Made by a program: the position numbers and the translations under genes. From an uncultured Gemmatimonadaceae bacterium (GTDB lineage: Bacteria > Gemmatimonadota > Gemmatimonadetes > Gemmatimonadales > Gemmatimonadaceae), in assembly GCA_963781765.1 (NCBI GenBank), contig CAWAHC010000005.1, positions 486,929 to 550,928 on the forward strand: 64,000 bases of DNA, written 5' to 3'. Every line of letters begins with the position of its first letter. Positions within the stretch are counted from its first letter, which is position 1. This document shows, piece after piece, positions 54,205-64,000 of this stretch. The notes under the pieces were generated by a model, which did not search any database, was not told where the DNA came from, and worked only from the letters and a program-made list of their open reading frames with translations.

Positions 54205-56100
54205 CTACGGGGCCGGCGCCAGCACCAACACGCCGAGCGGGGGCAGCACGAGGCGTATCGACTGCCCTCGGCCATGGCAGGGCGTGGGCTCCGTGTCGAC
54301 GGTGCCGAACGATCCGACGCCGCTGCCGCCGAACTCCGCGGCGTCGCTGTTGAGTTCCACGCGATAGCGTCCGGCCGCGGGCGCCCCGATGCGGTAGTCG
54401 TGTCGCGGCACCGGTGTGCAGTTGAGCACCACCATGCGGTGGTCGTCGTTGCCCATGCGGACGAACGCGAACACCGAATTCTCGCGGTCGGCGGCGTCGA
54501 TCCAGGCAAAGCCTTCGGGGTCCGGGTCGCGCTGCCAGAAGGCGGGGGTCTCGCGGTACAGGTGGCCGAGTCGTGCCAGGAATCGACCGAACGCGGCGCG
54601 CTCGGGCTCGTCGGCCAGGTGCCAGTCGAGGCTGGTGTCGTGGTTCCACTCCCGTTCCTGCGCCAGCTCGGTTCCCATGAACACGAGCTGCTTGCCGGGG
54701 CGCGTGCACTGGTAGGCCAGCAGGAGTCGCAGATTGGCGAGCTTCTGCCAGCGGTCGCCGGGCATCTTGTTGTAGAGCGAGCCCTTGCCGTGCACCACCT
54801 CGTCGTGCGACAGCGGCATCACGAACCGCTCGGAATACTCGTACACCATCGCGAAGCTGAGTTCGTCCTGGTGGTAGCGGCGGTGCACGGGTTCGTGGCG
54901 CAGGTACTCCAGGGTGTCGTGCATCCACCCCATGTTCCACTTGAAGCTGAATCCGAGCCCGCCCTCGGCGGTGCTGCGGGTGACGCCGGGCCACGCCGTG
55001 CTCTCCTCGGCGATCGTCAGGCAACCGGGGTACTTCTCGTGGACGGCGTCGTTCATCGCCCGCAGGAAGTCGATGGCCTCCAGATTCTCGCGGCCGCCGT
55101 GAATGTTGGGTAGCCACTCGCCGGGATTGCGGCTGTAGTCCAAGTAGAGCATCGACGCCACCGCATCGACGCGCAGGCCGTCCACGTGGAATTCGTCGAG
55201 CCAGTAGAGCGCGTTCGCCACCAGGAAGTTTCGCACCTCGTGGCGGCCGAAGTTGAAGACGAGCGTTCCCCAGTCGGGGTGTTCGCCGAGTCGCGGGTCC
55301 GCGTGTTCGTAGAGCGCCGTGCCGTCAAACCTGGCCAGCGCGAACGCGTCCTTGGGGAAGTGTGCGGGCACCCAGTCCACGATCACCCCGATGTCGTGCC
55401 GATGACAGTAGTCCACGAAGTAGCGGAAGTCGTCGGGTGTGCCGTAACGCGCCGTCGGCGCATAGTAGCCGGTGACCTGGTACCCCCACGATCCCGTGAA
55501 CGGATGCTCGGCCACCGGCATCAATTCCAGGTGCGTGAAGCCGAAGTGCTTGGCATGCTCCACGAGTTTGGGGGCGAGCTCCCGATAGCTCAGCCAGCGG
55601 TCTCCGGCTTCGGGCACGCGGCGCCACGACCCGAGATGCACCTCGTACGTGTGCATGGGCGCACGAGCGTGCGCGGTGTGCCGGCGTGCCGCCATCCAGG
55701 CATCGTCGTCCCACGTGAACGCGGACTGGTACACGCGCGCTGCCGTGCCCGGGGGCAGCTCCATGGCCTGCGCCATCGGATCGGTCTTGAGCAGCAGGTG
55801 CCCTTCGCGCGTGCGGATCTCGAACTTGTAGAGCGCGCCGGGTTCGACACCCGGCACGAACGTCTCGTGAATGCCCGACGAGCCGACGGGTCGCATCACG
55901 TGCCGGTCGCCGTTCCACTCGCAGAACTCGCCCACCACACTCACCCGCTCGGCGTTGGGCGCCCACACCGCGAACGCGGTGCCGCTCACGCCGTCGAGCG
56001 TGCGGGGATGCGCGCCCAGCACGTCCCATAGACGCCGGTGCGTGCCCTCGTTGAACAGGTGGAGGTCGACGTCACCGATGGTGGTGGGGAAGGTGGTCAT
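54205..56100 (-). CDS. glgB: 1,4-alpha-glucan branching enzyme
   Basis: Motifs are [51 protein letters not shown] and [10 protein letters not shown]. Confidence 0.95.
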   Translation of the reverse strand: MTTFPTTIGDVDLHLFNEGTHRRLWDVLGAHPRTLDGVSGTAFAVWAPNAERVSVVGEFCEWNGDRHVMRPVGSSGIHETFVPGVEPGALYKFEIRTREGHLLLKTDPMAQAMELPPGTAARVYQSAFTWDDDAWMAARRHTAHARAPMHTYEVHLGSWRRVPEAGDRWLSYRELAPKLVEHAKHFGFTHLELMPVAEHPFTGSWGYQVTGYYAPTARYGTPDDFRYFVDYCHRHDIGVIVDWVPAHFPKDAFALARFDGTALYEHADPRLGEHPDWGTLVFNFGRHEVRNFLVANALYWLDEFHVDGLRVDAVASMLYLDYSRNPGEWLPNIHGGRENLEAIDFLRAMNDAVHEKYPGCLTIAEESTAWPGVTRSTAEGGLGFSFKWNMGWMHDTLEYLRHEPVHRRYHQDELSFAMVYEYSERFVMPLSHDEVVHGKGSLYNKMPGDRWQKLANLRLLLAYQCTRPGKQLVFMGTELAQEREWNHDTSLDWHLADEPERAAFGRFLARLGHLYRETPAFWQRDPDPEGFAWIDAADRENSVFAFVRMGNDDHRMVVLNCTPVPRHDYRIGAPAAGRYRVELNSDAAEFGGSGVGSFGTVDTEPTPCHGRGQSIRLVLPPLGVLVLAPAP

Positions 56101-58217
56101 CGCGTTCCGCTCCGTGGCACGTGGTGGCTCAGGAGGATCAGCGAATGGCGCACGAGCAGCATGCCCTCGCCCACGCGCCGGTGTCCGGGCCGCGCCGTGT
56201 TCACCAATTCGTGCCAGACGCCCGGGCCGAGTTTGGGAAGCGTGAACCGCCGCGACTTGCCGCCGCCGTTCATGAGGAGGAGCAGGGTGTCGCCCTCGAT
56301 GCGCCGGCCGCGCTCATCCACCTCGTCGGTGGCCTCGCCATGCAGCAGCATGCCGAGCACGCGGCCGGCGGCCGGCTTCCAGTCGTCGTGCCGCATCGGC
56401 TCGCCGTCAGGGCGCAGCCATGTGACGTCCGGACGGCCGTCGCGTCCCGCCGTGGCGCCGCGGAAGAAGCTCCGGCGCCGCAGCACGGGGTTGGCGTGAC
56501 GAATGGCGATCACGTCGCGCGTGAACGCGAGGAGTTCGCGCGCCGGTTCGTCGAGCTCCCAGTCCATCCAGGCGAGCTCGTTGTCCTGGCAATAGGTGTT
56601 GTTGTTGCCGCGTTGCGAACGGCCGATCTCGTCGCCATGCGAGATCATCGGCACCCCCTGCGAGAACGCGATCGTCGCCAGGAAGTTTCGGATCATGCGG
56701 TTGCGCAATCTGACGATTTCCGGGACCTCGGCCGGGCCCTCGGCGCCCCAGTTGCGGCTGTAGTTCTCGTCGGTGCCGTCGCGGTTGTGCTCGCCGTTGG
56801 CCTCGTTGTGCTTCTGCTGGTACGTCACCAGGTCGCGCAGCGTGAACCCGTCGTGACAGGTGACGAAGTTGATGCCCGCGTACGGGCTCCGGCCGCCGGG
56901 ATCGTACAGGTCGCTGCTCCCCGAAAGCCGGTAGGCGAGGTCGGGGAGCTGCGCCGCGTCGCCCCGCCAGAAGCGGCGTACGGTGTCGCGATACCGCCCG
57001 TTCCACTCGGTCCACCCGGTGGGGAAGTTGCCCACCTGATAGCCGCCCTCGCCCACATCCCACGGCTCGGCAATCAGCTTCACCCGCGACAACACCGGAT
57101 CCTGTTGGATGATGTCGAAGAACCAGGCCAACCGGTCCACGGCGTGCAGCGATCGGGCGAGCGCGGGGGCGAGGTCGAACCGGAAGCCGTCGACGTGCAT
57201 CTCCTTCACCCAGTAGCGCAGGCTGTCCATCATCAGCTGCATGGCCCGCGCGTTGAGCGTGTTGAAGCTGTTGCCGCAGCCGGTGAAGTCCACGTAGTAG
57301 CGCGGGCGGTCGGGAGAGAGCCGGTAGTACGACTTGTTGTCGATGCCACGGAAGCTCACCGTCGGACCGAGTTCGTTGCCCTCGCCGGTGTGGTTGTATA
57401 CGACGTCGAGAATCACCTCGAGTCCCGCGGAGTGCAGGCTCTTCACCATCGTCTTGAACTCGGTCACCTGTTGGCCGAGCGCGCCGGTGGCGTACCGCGA
57501 ATCGGGGGCGAAGTAGCCGATGGTGTTGTACCCCCAGTAGTTCGCCAGCCCGCGGTGGTCCAGCTCCTTCTCCGTCAGGGCGTGGTGCACCGGCAGTAGT
57601 TCCACGGCGGTGACGCCAAGGGAATGCAGGTGGTCGAGGATCGGTTCCGACGTGAGCCCCCCGTACGTTCCGCGCTCGGCAGGCGCGATGCCGGGGTGCC
57701 GGGCGGTCATCCCCTTCACGTGACATTCGTAAATGAGCGTGCGGTTCCAGGGGGTGCGCGGCGGACGGTCGTCGCCCCAGGAGAAGGCGGTCTCGACGAC
57801 CACACACTTGGGCAGGCTGCCGGCGCTGTCGCGTGGGTCGGGCACGAGGTCGGCGCCGGGCCCGTCGATGGTGTAGCCGAACAGCGCATCGTCCCACTGC
57901 ACCGTGCCGCTGATCGCGCGCGCGTACGGGTCGAGCAGCAGCTTGGCCGGATTGAACCGGTGGCCATGCTCCGGGTCGTACGGCCCGTGCACGCGGAAGC
58001 CGTATAGCTGGCCAGGGCGCAGGTCGGGAAAATAGCCGTGCCAGATGTTGTTCATGCGCTCGGGCAGCGGGATGCGCGCGCTCTCCACGACGTCACCGGG
58101 AGCGTCGAACAGGCACAACTCGATACGCTCGGCGTGTTCCGAGAAGATCGCGACGTTGACGCCGCGACCGTCCCACGTGGCGCCGAACGGATAGGGGTCT
58201 CCGGGCCAGACGCGCAT
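56097..58217 (-). CDS. glgX: glycogen debranching enzyme
   Basis: The N-terminus is [26 protein letters not shown]. Motifs are [16 protein letters not shown] and IAEPWD. Its stop overlaps the glgB start (ATGA at 56097-56100). Confidence 0.93.
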   Translation of the reverse strand: MRVWPGDPYPFGATWDGRGVNVAIFSEHAERIELCLFDAPGDVVESARIPLPERMNNIWHGYFPDLRPGQLYGFRVHGPYDPEHGHRFNPAKLLLDPYARAISGTVQWDDALFGYTIDGPGADLVPDPRDSAGSLPKCVVVETAFSWGDDRPPRTPWNRTLIYECHVKGMTARHPGIAPAERGTYGGLTSEPILDHLHSLGVTAVELLPVHHALTEKELDHRGLANYWGYNTIGYFAPDSRYATGALGQQVTEFKTMVKSLHSAGLEVILDVVYNHTGEGNELGPTVSFRGIDNKSYYRLSPDRPRYYVDFTGCGNSFNTLNARAMQLMMDSLRYWVKEMHVDGFRFDLAPALARSLHAVDRLAWFFDIIQQDPVLSRVKLIAEPWDVGEGGYQVGNFPTGWTEWNGRYRDTVRRFWRGDAAQLPDLAYRLSGSSDLYDPGGRSPYAGINFVTCHDGFTLRDLVTYQQKHNEANGEHNRDGTDENYSRNWGAEGPAEVPEIVRLRNRMIRNFLATIAFSQGVPMISHGDEIGRSQRGNNNTYCQDNELAWMDWELDEPARELLAFTRDVIAIRHANPVLRRRSFFRGATAGRDGRPDVTWLRPDGEPMRHDDWKPAAGRVLGMLLHGEATDEVDERGRRIEGDTLLLLMNGGGKSRRFTLPKLGPGVWHELVNTARPGHRRVGEGMLLVRHSLILLSHHVPRSGTR

Positions 58218-58251
58218 CAGCGGCCGGCCCCGGGGGTGCGTGGACGCGTCG

Positions 58252-61565
<3,314 letters not shown>

Positions 61566-61569
<4 letters not shown>

Positions 61570-63569
61570 GCCGCCCCCTCCGGGGTGTGGATCACGCGCA
61601 GCAGGTGTCCGGGGCGCTCCGCCGGGTCGAGCCGCACGTAGTTGCGCGTGCCCTGCCACGTGTATCGCGCGCCAGTGAGCAGATCCTCCACCTCGAACGG
61701 CTGGTCCTCCCGCAGACCGAGGTCGCCCAGCGGCACGTGCACCATCGTCTCCCGCACGCGATGCGGGTCGAGGTTCACGACCACGAGCAGATCGTTACCC
61801 GGCGCGTGCTTGTGGTAGAACAGGACCGCGTCGTCTTCTGCCCCGTGGAACTGTACGTTCCGGAGCCGGCGCAGCGCCGGATTCTCCCGCCGCACCCGGT
61901 TGAGCAGGCGGAGGTCCGGGTCGAGGGAGTTCGGGGCCCCCCACTCGCGGGGGCGCAGTTCGTACTTCTCCGAGTGCAGATACTCCTCACTCCCTTCCTC
62001 GCGCGGCACGTTCTCGCACAACTCGAAGCCGGAGTAGATGCCGTACGTGGGCGACAGCGTGGCCGCCAGCAGCAGGCGCACGCGGAACGCCGGTGGCCCT
62101 CCGGCCTGCAGGTACTCGTGCAGGATGTCGGGGGTATTGGCGAAGAAATTCGGCCGGAAGTACTCGGCCATCTCGGTGTGCGCCAGTTCATTCAGATACT
62201 CGCGCAACTCCCAGGCCGTGTTGCGCCACGTGAAGTACGTGTACGACTGCGAGAAGCCGAGCTTGGCCAACCCCTTCATGCGTGCCGGCCGCGTGAACGC
62301 CTCGGCCAGGAAGATCACGTCGGGATGGTCGCGATGGATCTCGCCCAGGACCCAGGCCCAGAACGCGTACGGCTTGGTGTGCGGGTTGTCGACGCGGAAA
62401 ATCCGTACGCCGCGCGCGATCCAGAACAGGAGGACGTCGCGGCATGCGTCCCAGAGACCCTGGCGGTCGTCGCACCAGAAGTTGGGTGGGTAGATGTCTT
62501 CGTACGTCTTGGGCGGATTCTCGGCGTGCTTGATCGAGCCGTCGGGCTGGATGAAGAACCAGTTCGGATGATCGCGCAGCCAGGGATGGTCGGGCGAGCA
62601 CTGCAGCGCGTAGTCGAGGGCGATCTCGAGGCCCAGCGATCGGGCCGATCGCACGAGATGTTCGAAATCCGCCAGCGTGCCGAGGCGGGGGTCGACCGCG
62701 GTGTGCCCGCCCGCTTCGCCGCCGATCGCCCACGGGCTGCCGACGTCGTCGGGGCCGGCCACGAGCGTGTTGTTGGGCCCCTTACGGTTGGTGGTGCCGA
62801 TGGGGTGGATCGGCGCCAGGTACACCACGTCGAAGCCGAGATCGGCCAGCCGCGGGAGTTGCCGCTCGGTGTCGGCGAACGTGCCGTAGGTGTGCGGTTT
62901 CGGACTCTGCGAGCGTGGAAACAGCTCGTACCACGCCCCGAATGCCGCCCGCTCGCGGTCCACGGCCACCGGATACTCGAGGGCGGCGCTGACGAGATCG
63001 TTCGGGGGCAGGTGCCGGCGCATGAGCGCGTCCAGCTCGGCGCTCAGGGCCACGGCGACTCGATCGCCCGTTGCCACGGCCGGGTCGCGCAGCGTCTGCC
63101 CGCGGTGCTGCAGCCGCGTCGCGTCCCGCCCGCGCGCCGCGGCTGCCGCCTCGTCCACGAGCTGCGCTCCGGTGAGCAGATCGAGCGCCACGTCCACCCC
63201 GGCGTCCGCCTTCTTTCGCAGGTCCATGCGCCAGGTCTCGAAGCGGTCGGTCCAGGCGTCCACCGTGAACGTCCAACGACCGAGCCGATCGACTACGAAG
63301 GTACCCCGGCATCGGTCGAAGGCGCGTTCGTACCTCATCGGCGCCGTGCGCCAGCGCCGTTCACCCGGAGCCCGGTACCGAATACGGGCGGCGACGAGGT
63401 CGTGGCCGTCCTTGTACACGGTGGCGTCGACGGTCAGCGAATCGCCAACGATTCGCTTCACCGCGTACCGGCCGCCATCGACGGCGGGCCGGACCTCCTC
63501 GATCACCAGTCTGGCGATCTTCGCCGGGGCGACGCGACCCCGTCGTTTCGCCGGGTTCGCCTTATCCAT
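61566..63569 (-). CDS. glgE: alpha-1,4-glucan:maltose-1-phosphate maltosyltransferase
   Basis: The N-terminus is RLVIEEVRPAVDGGRYAVKRIVGD. Catalytic blocks are VYLAPIHPIG, GVRIFRVDNPHTKP, IFLAEAFTRP and FFANTPDIL. Confidence 0.93.
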
Positions 63570-63619
63570 GCTTCAATCGTTAACCCATTCGACGAACGAA
63601 CGCCAGAATTGCGGACTTG

Positions 63620-63635
63620 AACGAACGCGTTCGTT
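63620..63635. promoter_or_regulatory. 16-bp perfect palindrome AACGAACGCGTTCGTT (candidate operator) in the glgE / glgP divergent region
   Basis: Read directly from the sequence. A related half-site ACGAACGAACG lies about 25 nt to the left, at 63592-63602. Confidence 0.35.
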
Positions 63636-63699
63636 ACCCTTTAAGTTGCGTGGAACACACCCGGTACCGATCACGGCGCGCGAACTCCATCCGACAGGC

Positions 63700-64000
63700 A
63701 TGAATCCACCCGGCATTCCATTCCCCCAGCTTCCCGACCGCATCAACGGCCTTTCCTCGATCGCATCGAATCTCTCCTGGAGTTGGAGCCGCGACGCACG
63801 CGTGCTCTTCCGGGCCATCGATCCCGTCCTCTGGCATCAGACGCGTCACAACCCGATCGCCGTGCTCCAGCAGGTGGCGCCGGCCCGGCTCGAGGCGTGC
63901 GCCGCCGACCCGGCCTTTCTCCGCCTGTACGACGCCGTGCGCGAGAAGGCCCGCCACGACGCGGAAGCCACCGACACCTGGTTCGCCCGCGTGGCCGGCG
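63700..64000 (+). CDS. glgP: alpha-glucan phosphorylase (GT35, DUF3417-type N-terminus), 5' fragment only
   Basis: Not in the track because there is no stop in the window. My translation is MNPPGIPFPQLPDRINGLSSIASNLSWSWSRDARVLFRAIDPVLWHQTRHNPIAVLQQV..., which matches the conserved N-terminal pattern of alpha-glucan family phosphorylases. Confidence 0.8.
   Translation, partial: MNPPGIPFPQLPDRINGLSSIASNLSWSWSRDARVLFRAIDPVLWHQTRHNPIAVLQQVAPARLEACAADPAFLRLYDAVREKARHDAEATDTWFARVAG

Overview
High-GC bacterial chromosomal segment (by eye roughly two-thirds G+C, with strong G/C bias at third codon positions), densely coded on both strands. I can support about 48 protein-coding genes. I found no rRNA, tRNA, CRISPR array, transposase, integrase or phage gene.

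Gene blocks:
- 1-1613: a truncated operon of three translationally coupled prepilin-type (minor-pilin-like) genes.
- 1894-5357: a beta-oxidation pair, a 3-hydroxyacyl-CoA dehydrogenase/enoyl-CoA hydratase fusion plus a thiolase. The thiolase carries a frame shift in a G7 run.
- 6-16 kb: mixed housekeeping and envelope genes. These include an AlkA-like glycosylase, a class-III aminotransferase, a bis-heme ferric-reductase-like membrane protein, DUF2911, DUF502, a BNR propeller, a threonine dehydratase, a CarboxypepD_reg+plug protein and a degenerate HD-GYP membrane protein.
- 16.4-22.6 kb: a PlsC-like acyltransferase, an acyl-CoA synthetase, a PAS hybrid histidine kinase and an acyl-CoA dehydrogenase.
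- 23.3-28.6 kb: metH translationally coupled to a homocysteine-methyltransferase/MTHFR fusion.
- 28.8-38.5 kb: a second hybrid kinase, yggT/yggU-like genes, an aldehyde dehydrogenase, an EVE-domain protein, a TauE exporter, gltA, a RidA-family gene, a DDAH-like gene and a lipoprotein.
- 38.5-52 kb: a neighbourhood of large secreted hydrolases. It holds a 1440-aa protein with a C-terminal M14 domain, an amidohydrolase, a GH38 mannosidase with a long N-terminal extension, and a CBM9/DUF5916-like protein.
- 52-64 kb: a complete GlgE-type alpha-glucan cluster (malQ, glgB, glgX, treS-maltokinase fusion, glgE) with a divergent alpha-glucan phosphorylase.

The gene content is reminiscent of Gemmatimonadota/Acidobacteriota-type genomes, but that is inference only.

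I did not find a convincing new multigene system, and the window reads as ordinary core chromosome. The most unusual items are:
- a perfect 6-copy heptanucleotide array (CCGACTG) in a divergent promoter region, with a degenerate 3-copy relative upstream of another fatty-acid gene;
- the thiolase homopolymer frame shift;
- a degenerate HD-GYP protein behind a structured leader;
- the giant M14 protein, whose first ~1050 aa are unassigned;
- a perfect 16-bp palindrome between the glgE operon and glgP;
- several small unannotated ORFs.

Many very long ORFs in the supplied track are antisense artefacts of the high GC content and were rejected.
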